Source: an uncultured Ruficoccus sp. (GTDB lineage: Bacteria; Verrucomicrobiota; Verrucomicrobiia; Opitutales; Cerasicoccaceae). Taken from it: a stretch of DNA of 64,000 bases. The position numbers and the translations under genes are program-made. The notes beneath the pieces were generated by a model, which saw only the letters and a list, made by a program, of their open reading frames with translations, was not told the origin of the DNA and made no database searches. Within the stretch, counting starts at the first letter, position 1; every line of letters starts with the position of its first letter. Shown in pieces: positions 49,676 to 61,200 of this stretch. The stretch covers positions 128,001-192,000 of the forward strand of contig OZ223514.1 in NCBI GenBank assembly GCA_965140785.1, read 5' to 3'.

Positions 49676-50284
49676 ATGGGCAGACACAGTAATGCCAAGG
49701 AAAAGCTAATCGAAGCCATCATCGATCTGATGTGGGAGCGTTCCTATGGAATGGTCACTATTGACCAGATCTGTCAGAAGGCCGAGGTCAAAAAAGGCAG
49801 CTTCTATTACTTCTATAAATCCAAGAGCGAGCTGACCATGGAAGCCCTGGAGGTGTATTGGGAGGCCAATATCCGCGAGAAGCTGGATACCATCTTTTCC
49901 CCGACCAAGACCGGGGTTCAACGCCTCATCGACCATGCGGATTTCAAGTATAAATGGGCCAAGGAGCTCAAAGCCAAGCATGGTAAGTTGTTCTCCTGCT
50001 GCATGTTTACGGTCGGTCAGGAGATGTGTAATGTCGATCAGGACTTGCGCGACATGGTCCAGGCGTTTCTGGATCGCAGCATGCGCTATTTCGTGACCGC
50101 GGTTCGCGATGCGGCCAGCGAAGGGCTCATCCAGACCGACGATATCGAAGGGACGGCCGCCGGGCTTTTCAGTTGCTACGAAGGCATGTTCGCGCGAGCC
50201 CGCATTGCCAACGATCCTGAGATTATGCGCAATCTCAAGGCCAGCTATTTGCGCATCCTCGGGGTGCCTCAGTTGGTCGCCTGA
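49676..50284 (+). CDS. TetR-family regulator (NemR/YxaF-like)
   Basis: N-terminal HTH AEVKKGSFYYFYKSK. Confidence 0.92.
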   Translation: MGRHSNAKEKLIEAIIDLMWERSYGMVTIDQICQKAEVKKGSFYYFYKSKSELTMEALEVYWEANIREKLDTIFSPTKTGVQRLIDHADFKYKWAKELKAKHGKLFSCCMFTVGQEMCNVDQDLRDMVQAFLDRSMRYFVTAVRDAASEGLIQTDDIEGTAAGLFSCYEGMFARARIANDPEIMRNLKASYLRILGVPQLVA

Positions 50285-50330
50285 GTAATTTCGAAAAAAG
50301 TTTTCCCGGGGCTTGATTGTTTCCGATTCT

Positions 50331-50344
50331 TGACTAATTAGTCA
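50331..50344. promoter_or_regulatory. TetR operator (perfect palindrome)
   Basis: TGACTAATTAGTCA immediately upstream of the OMF start. Confidence 0.7.
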
Positions 50345-50359
50345 TCTATAAATTTTCGG

Positions 50360-51769
50360 ATGCTACAATTTTTGCGACAACCTACTGTCCTGCCACTGCT
50401 TGCTGCCGTGCTCTTGCTGAGTGCCGGTTGCGCGGTTGGGCCGGATTACGAAAAACCTGACTTTCCCGCGCCGGCCGGTTATTCTTCGCCCCTCCTCGAT
50501 CAGGAAGGAGAAGCAATACCCATGCCGCTTCCCGGCCAGTGGTGGCTCGTCTTTGACGATCCGGTTCTGGACGAGCTGATCCTGAGCGCCAGCGGGCAAA
50601 ACCGCACCCTTCGGGCCGCCTATGACCGCTGGCTGCGTGCGGAAACGCTCATTCGCCGCGAACGGGCCGAGGGTCTGCCCCATCTGGATGCCGAGGCCAG
50701 CTACACCCGTGAGCGGCTTAGTCAGGAAACGCTGCTGATGGACGGCAATACCGACCAGAGTGTTTACAATGTCGGGGCCGCCGCCGCGATGGAGATCGAC
50801 CTCTTCGGGCGGGTGCGCCGCCTGGTGGAGGCCGCCGCGGCCGACGCCGATGCCGAGCGCGAGGCGCTGGCTGACCTGCGTCTGTATATCCAGACCGAGG
50901 TGGCTATCACGTACTACCGCATCCGTGCCATCGAGTCGGAACTCAGCTACGTGGAGGAAAGCCTCGGTACGCGCCGCCAGTCGCTGGACGTGGTGCAGAA
51001 CCGCTTCGAGGGTGGGGCGGTCAGCGAGCTGGATGTGGCCCAGGCCGAGTCCCTGCTGGAGACGACCCAGGCCGAGTTCGCCCGGCTCAAGCGCGAGCAG
51101 GCCATTCTTATTAACGCGTTGGCCGTGCTTACCGGGCAGCCCGCTCCGACCTTTTCTGTGACGGTGACGCCGCTGGACGGCACGCCCCCGCGCGTGCCCG
51201 CCGGTATCCCCTCGGAGCTGCTGTTGCGTCGCCCGGACATTCGCCAGAGTGAGCGCAAGCTCGCCGCCGCCAACGCCCGCATTGGCGTGGCCACGGCTAA
51301 CTTTTTCCCCCGGGTGACCATCGCCGGAGACATTGGGCTGTCCGCGCTCGACGCGGCGCAGTGGTTTCAGTCCAGCGCCGGTTTCTGGGCCATCTCCCCG
51401 CAAGTCTCCATCCCGCTCTTCGAAGGCGGGCGGCTGCGGGCCAACCTCGACGAGACCCGGCTCGCCTACGCCCAGTCCGTCGCCGAGTACGAGCAGACGG
51501 TCCTCGACGCTTTTGCCGAGGTGGAAAACGCGCTCGACTCCTGGCAATGGCTGAGCGAGCAGCGTGCCGCCGAGCAGCGTTCGGCCGATGCCGCCGGGCG
51601 CGCCCAGAAGATTTCCAGCCAGCAGTATGACGGCGGGCTGATCGACTTTATCACCGCCCTGGACTCCGAGCGGACCGCGCTGGAGAGCCAGCGCCGCCTG
51701 GCCATCACTATCGGGGCCGAATACACCAACGCCGTTCAGCTCATCCGCGCCATCGGGGGCAGCTGGTAA
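50360..51769 (+). CDS. RND efflux outer-membrane lipoprotein (NodT/OprM family)
   Basis: GCAVGPDY lipobox, WW..FDDP.L, EIDLFGR, PSELLLRRPDI, AIGGSW. Confidence 0.95.
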   Translation: MLQFLRQPTVLPLLAAVLLLSAGCAVGPDYEKPDFPAPAGYSSPLLDQEGEAIPMPLPGQWWLVFDDPVLDELILSASGQNRTLRAAYDRWLRAETLIRRERAEGLPHLDAEASYTRERLSQETLLMDGNTDQSVYNVGAAAAMEIDLFGRVRRLVEAAAADADAEREALADLRLYIQTEVAITYYRIRAIESELSYVEESLGTRRQSLDVVQNRFEGGAVSELDVAQAESLLETTQAEFARLKREQAILINALAVLTGQPAPTFSVTVTPLDGTPPRVPAGIPSELLLRRPDIRQSERKLAAANARIGVATANFFPRVTIAGDIGLSALDAAQWFQSSAGFWAISPQVSIPLFEGGRLRANLDETRLAYAQSVAEYEQTVLDAFAEVENALDSWQWLSEQRAAEQRSADAAGRAQKISSQQYDGGLIDFITALDSERTALESQRRLAITIGAEYTNAVQLIRAIGGSW

Positions 51770-51789
51770 CTTTTTTCCATTCATTGACC

Positions 51790-52932
51790 ATGAAATTCTC
51801 TCACTCCCTTTCCGCTGCGGCGACGCTTGCCGCCGTCCTCTTGTTCTCCGGCTGCCAGGAAGAGGCGCCGCCCCCGGGCCAGCCACAGGCGCTCGACATC
51901 GACGTGGCCGATCCCGAGGTGAAATCCCTCATCGAGTGGTCCTACTTCACCGGACGGCTGGAAGCAGTCGAAAGCGTCGAGGTCCGCGCCCGCGTCAGCG
52001 GCTATCTCCAGTCGGTCAATTTCGAGGAAGGCCAGCTTGTGAACAAGGGCGACCTGCTTTTCGAGATCGACCCGCGTCCCTTCCAGGCCGAGGTCAACCT
52101 GGCCAAAGCCCGCGTGGCTCAGGCCGAGGCGGCCAAGACGCTGACGGATGCCAATAAAAAGCGCGCCGAAAATCTGATCCAGACCAACTCCATCTCCCAG
52201 GAGCAGTTGGACATCCGCCACAGCGAGGCCCTTCAGGCCGACGCGGACCTGATCGCCGCGCAGGCGGAGCTGGAGGCCGCCGAGCTGGACCTGGAGTTTA
52301 CCAAGATCAAGGCGCCGATCTCCGGCATTGCCGGTCGCTATGGCCTCACCGAGGGCAACCTCGTCCAGGGCGGCAGCGCCCAGGCCACCCTCCTGACGAC
52401 CATCGTGCCGCAGGATCCAATCTATGTCACCTTCGACGTGGATGAGAACAGCTACCTCGAGGGCATGCGCAAGATCCTCTCCGGCGAGCTGCCCGGACGT
52501 GCGCAAAACGGCAACATCCCGGTGGAAATCCAGCTTTCCGACGAGACCGAATTCAGCCGCCGGGGCATGATCAACTTCAAGGACAACCGGCTCAACCCCG
52601 GCACGGCCACCATGCACGTGCGGGGTCTGCTGGAGAATCCCGACGGCTTCCTCACCCCCGGCATGTTCGCCCGCGTGCGCACCCCCGCCTCACGTGAAGA
52701 GGAGCGGCTGCTGGTGCCGGATCTGGCGGTGCAGACCGACCAGGAGCTGAAGTTCGTCTGGGTCGTCAGCCCGGACAATACCGCCGAGCGCCGCACGGTC
52801 GAGGTCGGCCCCCTCCAGCAGAACCTTCGCATCATCCGCTCCGGGCTTGAGCCCGGCGAGCGTGTCGCCGTTTCCGGCATCCAGTTCCTGCAACCGGGCA
52901 TGCCGGTCGCCCCGCGCGACGCTGCCCAATAG
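51790..52932 (+). CDS. RND efflux periplasmic adaptor (MFP)
   Basis: Lipobox FSGC; VRARVSGY, LFEIDPRPF, APISG, PGMFARV. Confidence 0.95.
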   Translation: MKFSHSLSAAATLAAVLLFSGCQEEAPPPGQPQALDIDVADPEVKSLIEWSYFTGRLEAVESVEVRARVSGYLQSVNFEEGQLVNKGDLLFEIDPRPFQAEVNLAKARVAQAEAAKTLTDANKKRAENLIQTNSISQEQLDIRHSEALQADADLIAAQAELEAAELDLEFTKIKAPISGIAGRYGLTEGNLVQGGSAQATLLTTIVPQDPIYVTFDVDENSYLEGMRKILSGELPGRAQNGNIPVEIQLSDETEFSRRGMINFKDNRLNPGTATMHVRGLLENPDGFLTPGMFARVRTPASREEERLLVPDLAVQTDQELKFVWVVSPDNTAERRTVEVGPLQQNLRIIRSGLEPGERVAVSGIQFLQPGMPVAPRDAAQ

Positions 52933-52973
52933 CCTTTCACGGCGCATCACTCGTCCTTCACCGCCGAAGACCT

Positions 52974-55900
52974 ATGTCTATTTCCCACTATTTCATCGAC
53001 CGGCCGCGCTTCGCCATCGTCCTCTCGCTGGTCATCATCATCATCGGTGGACTGACCTTTTTCGGCCTGCCCACCGCGCAGTTCCCGGAGGTGGCTCCGC
53101 CCACGATCGTCGTGCGCGCCAACTTGCCGGGGGCGACCCCGGAGATCCTGGCCGAGACCGTCGCCGCTCCGCTGGAGCAGGAGATCAACGGCGTGGAAAA
53201 CATGCTCTACATGGCCTCCTCCAGCACGGCGGACGGCAGTGTGCAGATTACGATCACCTTTGAGCTGGGCACCGATCTGGACACCGCGCAGGTGCTGGTG
53301 CAGAACCGCGTCGCCGTGGCCCAGCCCCGCCTGCCGGAGCAGACGCGCCAGATCGGCGTGGTGGTGGAGAAGAGCGTCCCGGACCTGCTGATGGTCGTGC
53401 AGATGTACTCGCCGGACGACTCCCTCGACAAGGAGTACGTCAGCAATTACGCGATCCGCCAGGTCCGCGAATCCCTGCGCCGCATCGACGGGGTGGGTGC
53501 GGTGCGCACCTTTGGCTCGCGCGAATACAGCATGCGCGTCTGGCTCGACCCTGAGCGCATGGCCAATCTCAACATCACCGCCGGGGATGTCGTGAACGCC
53601 CTGCGCGAGCAGAACGTGCAGGTCGCTGCCGGCATCATCGGTCAGGAGCCGGTGGATTCGGCGGGGGACTACCAGCTGAACGTCAGCACCCTGGGCCGGC
53701 TCAACGAGGTGGAGCAGTTTGAGGACGTGGTGGTCAAGAGCGACGAGGAGGGCACGGTCGTTTACCTGCGCGATGTGGCGCGGGTGGAACTGGGCGCGCT
53801 GGAGTACAACGTCAACAACTACATGGGCACCACGCCCGCCGTGGCCATGCCCATCCAGCAGCGGCCCGGCTCCAACGCTCTCGCCACCGCGCAGGAAATC
53901 CGCAGGCAGATGCAGGAGCTGTCCAAGTCGTTTCCGCCGGGACTGGCCTACAGCATTATTTACGACCCCACGGTCTTCATTCAGGAGTCTATCGACGCGG
54001 TGTTTCACACCATTTTAGAGGCCATCCTTCTCGTGGTGCTCGTTATCATTATTTTCCTGCAATCCTGGCGTGCCTCCCTCATCCCGCTGACAGCGATCCC
54101 CGTCTCGCTTATCGGTACCTTCGCGGCCATGTCCGCCTTCGGGTTCTCCATTAACAACCTGACGCTCTTCGGGCTGGCGCTGGCCATCGGGATCGTGGTG
54201 GACGACGCCATCGTCGTGGTCGAGAACATCGAACGCAATCTGGACAAGGGCCTCTCCAACCGGGAGGCGGCGCGCACCGCCATGACGGAAATCACCGGCC
54301 CGCTGATCTCGGCCACGCTGGTCATGGCCGCGATTTTTATTCCCACGGCTTTTCTGCCGGGCATCACCGGGCAGTTCTACCGCCAGTTCGCGCTCACCAT
54401 CGCTTTCTCCGTTGGCATCTCGGGCTTTGTATCGCTGACCCTGAGTCCGGCGCTGGCGGTCTTCCTGCTGCGTCCACACGGGGCCAAGCCGGACTTCGTG
54501 CAGCGCGTCATCGACTTCTGCCTCGGCTGGTTCTTCCGGGGCTTCAACTGGCTGTTCGATCGCTTCACGCGAGGCTACTCCAGCATCGTCAAGCGCTTCG
54601 TCCGCATGGGCCTGGTGGCGTCGGCTATTTTTATCATTTTCCTCCTGCTGACCGCCTGGGGCTTCCGCCTCGTGCCGGGCGGGTTCATCCCCTCGACCGA
54701 CCAGGGGTACGGTATTATCGTATTGCAGTTGCCTGACGGTGCTTCACTGGACCGGACCGACGCCCTCGTGCAGGAGGTGACCGCGCGCGCCATCGCACTG
54801 GACGGCATTCACAGCGCCGTTGCCTTCGCCGGCTTCAACGGCGCGACCTTCGCCAACTCGACCAATTCCGCGGCTATCTTTGTCGCCTACGAGCCCTTCG
54901 AGGAGCGCAAGGACCCGGAGCTGAGCGGTAACGCCATTCTCAACCGCTTACGGGGCGCGTTGGCCGATATTCGGGACGCCTACGTCATCGTCATCCCGCC
55001 CCCCCCGGTGCGCGGAATCGGTAACGGCGGCGGCTGGAAAATGGAGATTCAGGACCGCGCCGGGCTGGGCTACTCCGCCCTGCAGGACGCCACCATGCAG
55101 TTGATGATGGCCGCCAATCAGGAACCCGGCCTGACCCAGGTTTTCACGCCTTTCCGCGCCAACGTGCCGCAGCTTTATGTCGATGTGGACCGCGAAAAAG
55201 CCAAGATGCTCGACGTTCCGCTGGACAACATTTTCGAGACCTTGCAGGTATTCCTCGGCTCGCTCTTCGTCAACGACGTGAACCTCTTCGGGCGCACCTA
55301 CCGCCTCACCGCGCAGGCCGACACGCAGTTCCGCGACGAGAAGGAGGACATCGCGAAGTTGAAAACCCGCAACGCCGACGGTGAGATGGTGCCCCTGGGC
55401 TCCCTGATCAAGGTCCGCACCATCGCCGGGCCGGACCGCGTGGTCCGCTATAACCTGTACCCCGCCGCCGAGCTGCAAGGCGTCAGCGCGCCGGGCTACA
55501 GCACCGGCCAGTCCCTCGAAACGATGGAGCGCCTGGCGGCGGAAATTCTCCCGCCGGGGATGAGCTTCGAATGGACCGACCTGGCCTATCAGGAGAAGCA
55601 GGTCGGCAACGCCAGCCTGTACATTTTCCCGCTCGCCGTGCTCTTCGTCTTCTTCGTGCTCGTGGCCCAGTATGAGAACTGGTCGCTGCCGCTCGCGGTC
55701 ATCGTTATCGTGCCGCTGTGCCTCTTCGGCGCCATCTGGCTGCTCTGGCTGCGGGGCATGGACAATAACATTCTCAACCAGGTCGGCTTCGTCGTGCTCA
55801 TCGGCTTGGCGGCCAAGAACGCCATCCTCATCGTCGAGTTTGCCAAGCAGCAGGAAGACGCGGGGACAGAGGTCCACCTGGCCGCCAGCGAGGCGGCGCG

Positions 55901-56120
55901 CCTGCGGTTGCGCCCGATCCTGATGACCTCCATCGCCTTCATCCTCGGGGTGGTGCCGCTCATGATCGCCACCGGTGCCGGTTGGGAAATGCGCCAGGCG
56001 CTCGGGACGCCGGTCTTCGGCGGCATGCTCTTCGTGACGCTGGTGGGTATCTTCCTGACGCCGGTCTTCTATGTCATGATTCGCCGCCTGACCCACCGCA
56101 AAGGCCACGCGAGCGAATAG
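52974..56120 (+). CDS. HAE1-family RND efflux permease (MexF/OqxB-like)
   Basis: FIDRPRFA, GIVVDDAIVVVENIER, KNAILIVEF, RLRPILMTS. Confidence 0.95.
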   Translation: MSISHYFIDRPRFAIVLSLVIIIIGGLTFFGLPTAQFPEVAPPTIVVRANLPGATPEILAETVAAPLEQEINGVENMLYMASSSTADGSVQITITFELGTDLDTAQVLVQNRVAVAQPRLPEQTRQIGVVVEKSVPDLLMVVQMYSPDDSLDKEYVSNYAIRQVRESLRRIDGVGAVRTFGSREYSMRVWLDPERMANLNITAGDVVNALREQNVQVAAGIIGQEPVDSAGDYQLNVSTLGRLNEVEQFEDVVVKSDEEGTVVYLRDVARVELGALEYNVNNYMGTTPAVAMPIQQRPGSNALATAQEIRRQMQELSKSFPPGLAYSIIYDPTVFIQESIDAVFHTILEAILLVVLVIIIFLQSWRASLIPLTAIPVSLIGTFAAMSAFGFSINNLTLFGLALAIGIVVDDAIVVVENIERNLDKGLSNREAARTAMTEITGPLISATLVMAAIFIPTAFLPGITGQFYRQFALTIAFSVGISGFVSLTLSPALAVFLLRPHGAKPDFVQRVIDFCLGWFFRGFNWLFDRFTRGYSSIVKRFVRMGLVASAIFIIFLLLTAWGFRLVPGGFIPSTDQGYGIIVLQLPDGASLDRTDALVQEVTARAIALDGIHSAVAFAGFNGATFANSTNSAAIFVAYEPFEERKDPELSGNAILNRLRGALADIRDAYVIVIPPPPVRGIGNGGGWKMEIQDRAGLGYSALQDATMQLMMAANQEPGLTQVFTPFRANVPQLYVDVDREKAKMLDVPLDNIFETLQVFLGSLFVNDVNLFGRTYRLTAQADTQFRDEKEDIAKLKTRNADGEMVPLGSLIKVRTIAGPDRVVRYNLYPAAELQGVSAPGYSTGQSLETMERLAAEILPPGMSFEWTDLAYQEKQVGNASLYIFPLAVLFVFFVLVAQYENWSLPLAVIVIVPLCLFGAIWLLWLRGMDNNILNQVGFVVLIGLAAKNAILIVEFAKQQEDAGTEVHLAASEAARLRLRPILMTSIAFILGVVPLMIATGAGWEMRQALGTPVFGGMLFVTLVGIFLTPVFYVMIRRLTHRKGHASE

Positions 56121-56125
56121 ATTAT

Positions 56126-56154
56126 CCGGCGGGGAGTGTATGTGCTCCCGCCGG
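56126..56154. terminator. Hairpin between convergent genes
   Basis: CCGGCGGGGAG...CTCCCGCCGG with one bulged G. Confidence 0.45.
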
Positions 56155-56202
56155 GGTGGCCGGTCGCCCCTTCTCCCGGCTGCCCGTCGGTGGCGCGGAG
56201 CT

Positions 56203-57426
56203 CTACGGGGTGGAGCTGGAAGAGGCGGAGCACGATTCCTGCGCTGCGGTCATCAGCCAGTCGCTGCCGGTTTCGGAGAGCACGGTTCCGGTCTCATGGG
56301 CTTGAAGTAATTGCCGGTCCAGCCCGCGCACGTAGTGGTACGGATCGCCTTTGAGCGTGCCCGTTTCTATCTGTTCGGCCGGGAAGTCCCTGATCGCCAG
56401 GTCTGCATGAAGCCTCGTTACAAAGCGCGTATGCGCTGCGGCCAGTTCGAGGGTGCAGCAGTCGCCCGTGCCTCCGGTCAGACGGCTGAAAATGGTTTCG
56501 AACATCTCCCGGCGCGGATCTATTTTTTCCGATTGGCTGGCCTCTTCCTCGCCGCCGATAAGGCGATAGTTTTCATTCTCGTACCACTGGAAACGCCCGT
56601 TCTCGCAGATGACTTCGATCGTGGGCCGGTGCCGGGCTTCGGTGGAATGGCTGAAGTTGAAGATCAACTCGATGCCGTTTTCGGTTTCCATGCGGGCCGA
56701 GAATGTATCGAAGCTCTCAATCGCCTGAGCGCGGTAGGCCTCGATGTCCTGCTGGACGACGCTAGCGGTGTCGGAGAGTGTTTTGCCGCCCAGGAACAAC
56801 GGCATCATGACAAAGTGCGCCATGGCATTGTTGACGGGAGAGTCCAGTACGGGCTGATTCCCGACGTACAGTTTCCCCGCCCAGGCATTGCGCGTGTAGT
56901 AACGGGTGGATCGTGGCCACAGCGCCAGGGCTTTGATGGTTTTGACACGCCCGAACTCTCCCCCCACCAGACGCGCCTTGGTCTCCCAGAGGCTTTTCGA
57001 ATACATGTTCTGGAAGCCGACGTAAACCTTCTTGCCGCAGCGGTCGCGGGCGTCGGTCATTGTGCGGACCTCCTCCAGACTGGCGGTGAGGGGCTTCTCA
57101 ACCAGGACATGCATCCCTGCCTCCAGGGCGGCGACTGTCATGCCGCAGTGCAGGTGGATGCTGGTGGGAATGGCGCAGAGATCCACCCGCCCGGCTTCTG
57201 CTTCGATCATCTGGCGGAAATCGCCATAGATGCGACAGCCGATTTGCTCAAGTTTGCGGCAGGTTTCTACGGTTTCATCCGGATTAATGACGGTGGCTGC
57301 GCAAAGGCGAATGCGTCCCTCCCGGTGATACCCCATCAGCTTGTCGGCATAGAGAGCTCCGTAGCCGGATACTCCTACCAGGGCAAGGCGGACAGGAGCG
57401 GTTGGATTCGTCTGTGTGGCAGGCAT
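56203..57426 (-). CDS. Gfo/Idh/MocA-family oxidoreductase
   Basis: LVGVSGYG, PTSIHLH, VLVEKP, VGFQ. Confidence 0.9.
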   Translation of the reverse strand: MPATQTNPTAPVRLALVGVSGYGALYADKLMGYHREGRIRLCAATVINPDETVETCRKLEQIGCRIYGDFRQMIEAEAGRVDLCAIPTSIHLHCGMTVAALEAGMHVLVEKPLTASLEEVRTMTDARDRCGKKVYVGFQNMYSKSLWETKARLVGGEFGRVKTIKALALWPRSTRYYTRNAWAGKLYVGNQPVLDSPVNNAMAHFVMMPLFLGGKTLSDTASVVQQDIEAYRAQAIESFDTFSARMETENGIELIFNFSHSTEARHRPTIEVICENGRFQWYENENYRLIGGEEEASQSEKIDPRREMFETIFSRLTGGTGDCCTLELAAAHTRFVTRLHADLAIRDFPAEQIETGTLKGDPYHYVRGLDRQLLQAHETGTVLSETGSDWLMTAAQESCSASSSSTP

Positions 57427-57522
57427 TTTTCAAGGGAGCGGGAAATGACCAAATGGAAGGGATGCTGAATTTACAGGGGGTCGTTTGGGAAGCTCGTGGT
57501 TGGAGGCGGCGCTCCTGTGTTT

Positions 57523-58254
57523 TTACAGTTGGGCGGGAGCCTCGCTGACAGGTGCTTCCATGATCCTCATATCAGCGCCTTTGAGCTTGGTGGGGTGAGG
57601 CGCGATAAACAGGTACAGGCGGGAGCCGGGTTGCATTCGGATATTTCTCTGGATGAGGGGTATCGCTCTGTTGCTGTCATCGTCTCTTGCTACCGCCATT
57701 AGGTTGACCCCTCGATTTATTTGCTCCGTTACTCGTATCAATTTAGTGCCATAAGCGGGCAGGCTGATCTGCTCATTCCCGATTTTCAGGTAAAGCGTCT
57801 TCGCGAATAAATTAACAATATACAGGCTCTGTGGCGGGAAGGCGCTCAGGCTGTTGTCAAACGCCCAGCCCTTAAACCGGATGGGCGTCACCGACAGGTC
57901 GGGAAAGAGCAGGATCGCCGTATCCGGCACCTGGGGGTTGAGCTTGATCGTGGCCGCCGGCGTGGGAGGAGCTTCGGGATTGGGCGGCTGAAGGTAGAGG
58001 GCCAGGTCTTCGGGACCGGCATAGGTGGTGGTTCGGCCGAAGTCTCCGAAGGGGGCTATCGCCTTGGTGACTTGCTCCTGCTTGAGATAGTAGAGGTCTA
58101 TGCCCGCCTTTTCGCCCTCATTCATGATGGGGCGCAGGTTCACCCCGTCGTACCAGACCGCCAGGCTGAGCCGTGTGTGGATGGCCGGAGGCTCCTGGGC
58201 GCTCAGGCTCACGGTAGCCAGCGCGATCAGCAGGTGGGGAAAAAAGTTTTTCAT
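57523..58254 (-). CDS. Exported hypothetical protein, partner of the PilX-like gene
   Basis: Signal peptide MKNFFPHLLIALATVSLSA; co-oriented 23 bp downstream. Confidence 0.75.
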   Translation of the reverse strand: MKNFFPHLLIALATVSLSAQEPPAIHTRLSLAVWYDGVNLRPIMNEGEKAGIDLYYLKQEQVTKAIAPFGDFGRTTTYAGPEDLALYLQPPNPEAPPTPAATIKLNPQVPDTAILLFPDLSVTPIRFKGWAFDNSLSAFPPQSLYIVNLFAKTLYLKIGNEQISLPAYGTKLIRVTEQINRGVNLMAVARDDDSNRAIPLIQRNIRMQPGSRLYLFIAPHPTKLKGADMRIMEAPVSEAPAQL

Positions 58255-58277
58255 CAGTTAATTTCTGGATGCGAAAA

Positions 58278-61200
58278 TCAGAGGGTATCGCCATTGAGCC
58301 AGCGGAAGGCGACGATGCGGAACTTGCGCCCGAGGGGAGTATTGGCGGCGTTGGCGGGCTCGGCCGGATCCTGCGCGGGGTCTTCGAGATAGCTGGGCAT
58401 ACGCTGGACAATGGCCTCGCACTGGGCGGAGGCGATGGTGTTGCCCGTGAGCGGATCGACGCTCTCGCCGTACGCGCGGATGAGAAAAGAGTCCCCGCGG
58501 ACCGTGAGGAGGGGGCCCAGCTTGGCCAGCAGATCCGCCTGGCTCAGGTAGCCCGGAGCCTGGCTGGAGCGTAGCCCCAGCGCGGCATCGGCAAACGCGT
58601 AATCCAGTTCCTCGTGCACGGCCTGGACGGCGTTGGTCGCGTCGGGAGTGGGGTTGATGCCGGCGGGAGCATAATCGACGCCATCGACGGTGACCGTCTG
58701 TTGCGAGTCGATCGCCGCCTGCAAAAGTCCGCTGAGCTGGTTGCCCGGCACCCCCGAGGCCGGGTCCCGATTGATGAATTCGGCCAGGCTGGTGAAGGGG
58801 CCGCGTTGGCGGATCTGATGCACGATCTGGCCGGCGAGGTTGCGTATCTGCACGTCGCTGAGATCGCGGTAGCCGCGCCAATATTCGGCAGTGGTGTCGG
58901 CATCATCGTCTTCCCCGATGGCATCGCCGGCGGGCAGGGGGCTGCGGGCATAGGCGCTGCCGGTATTCATGGTCAGGCTTTGCTGGCCGGAGATGGCGTC
59001 CTCAATGCGCGTTGGGAACCGGTAGCCGCTGGCCAGCAGGGCGGTCCACGCATCCACGGAGTCGGAGTTGACGTTGAAGGGGCCGTCGATCATCAGGTAC
59101 CCGGCTGCGCGCTCCGGGTCGAGCAGGGTAGCGGTCGCCGGGGGGGTACCGTCCCGGTCCACGATCTGGATGCGCGGGTAGGCCGGAGTCGCCACGCCGT
59201 TCTCATCGGTCTCCAGGGTGGAGAAGAAATAATCGTCCCAGAGCGCCTGGTTCAGCAGGTAGGAAAAATCCTGCAAGCCGTAGTCGGGCACAGCAGTGGC
59301 ATTCGCGGGTATCCAGGGGTTGGCGCGGGAGTTCCCCACCGCATAGGTCGGGGCATAGACGCTGGTGGAGAAGTCCACCTGCTGCAACTCCGCCAGCGAG
59401 GACATCGGCTCGCGGGGGAGATGGAAGAAGACCAGCCGCGGCTCCAGGGATGTGCTGTCGAACATGGCCGGGTCCCAGAGGCTGAAGACACCTTTGTACT
59501 GCGTATCCGTGTCCGAAAATGGCGATAAAACGGGGGACTGACCGAACTCTGTGATCCCCAGATTGCTTTTGTAGAGTTTTTGTTGGTAGTTGGAACGCAG
59601 GTTGTAGTCGCGCAGGCTGGCAAGCCCTTCATGAGAGGCCGGATGATCATCCTTATTAACGAGGTCGTTGGGCCCCTTGAGGTAAGCACCGATATAGTAG
59701 GTGGAGCCGGACGACTCGGCGTCATAGGCGACACTCTGCGTGGTGGTCAGCGTGTGGGACCTCATGGGGTTCTCGTTATCGACCAAGCCGAGGTAAAGCA
59801 GCGTTTTGACGGATCCGGCAAGGAGCCTCAACCTGAGAGCGTGTGTGCCGTCCTTCATCTGGTCGTACATCTCGCCGGTCAATGGCTGGTCGAGCGCGCC
59901 ACTGATATCCTCCGAAGAGGCGTAGTGGGAGCTCAACGGGTCTTTGACTTCATCCAGGGGCAGGACCCACTGATCGCTTTTGCCGGGGAGGTCCGTATTA
60001 TCGGAGAGGGCGAAGACCTTGATTTCTCCCGGTTCGAAAGACGCGGTAAAGCTGACCCGGAATGAGTTTGTACGGAACGTGTTGCCCGACGAGTCCGTTG
60101 TGTGCCCGGTGAAATCCGGCAACCATTCGTTCAGGTAGTTTCCGTAGTTTTCCTTCCCGTAGGAGGAGCCGGAGTGGGGAGTCAGGATCGTTGTGTCACC
60201 GCTGGCACCTTCGAGTTCCAGGACCATCGCCGGCTCGCGCTGAGTATTGTTCTTAGTGGGGTCAAATTCGTCGACAGTATAGCTGCCCCCGCCGGACTCT
60301 ATCCGAAACGTGTAGGTTTGCGACTTCAGCGGCACGTCATAGGGGTTGAGCATGACAACCACCGGCTCCAGGCGCAGTTCGAGGGGGATGATATCGGTGG
60401 GCTCATAAACCACGGGCACGGGGGGCTTAAGTGCTACGCTCATGCCCAGTTCCCAGAAAAACACCACCGGTGCGACGCCGTGGCTGTCCGGAAAATCCAT
60501 CACCGTCGCCCCGCCGCTGGTGACGGGATTGCGAACGCTCGGTCTGATCCCGTTGCCGTCGATGTCCTTGCTCAGGGCCAGGAAATTCTCCAGCAGCGCC
60601 CAGGGCGGTCCATCGGGATAGATGGTGCCGGGAGGCGCACTCGTCGCGGTCACGAGCGTGGTCAGGTCCTGCTTCAGTCCGCCATCGATCACGTTGGTCA
60701 GCAAGCCGTAGCTGTAGGCGCTGAGGCCGTGGTAGTGGTCTACCAGATCCTGCTTCGAGGTCAGGAGGGCGGCTTCGGCCAGGGAGGGCATCGAGCCCAG
60801 CTGGGCCCGCATCTTATCGCCTTCCTGACTGGGTTCGGAGGCGACGGCCAGCTCGCTCAAGTCGCTGATGGATGAAACGCCAAATCCTCTCGGGGCAACG
60901 ATGGTGGAGCCATCCTCACTGATGTAGCCATTTTCCGTGATCCTCTCGTCGGTTAAGTCGATGCGCGCTTTCTGCGCCAGGTCCGAGACCCAAAAGGCGT
61001 AGTATCCGCTCGGCGAGTTACCCCCAATGCGGACTTTGGGCGCGTAGCTCTCGCCATCGCCCAAAATGTCCACGCTGTTGGCTGCGTCGAGCGGGGTCTG
61101 CGGAGTTTCATCGCCGGAGACCATCCAGATCGGGGTGCCGGTGCCATCGCTGTTCCAAACGCCCAGCCAGCGGTTTTTTCCCGTCACTGCGGTGCTGGTG

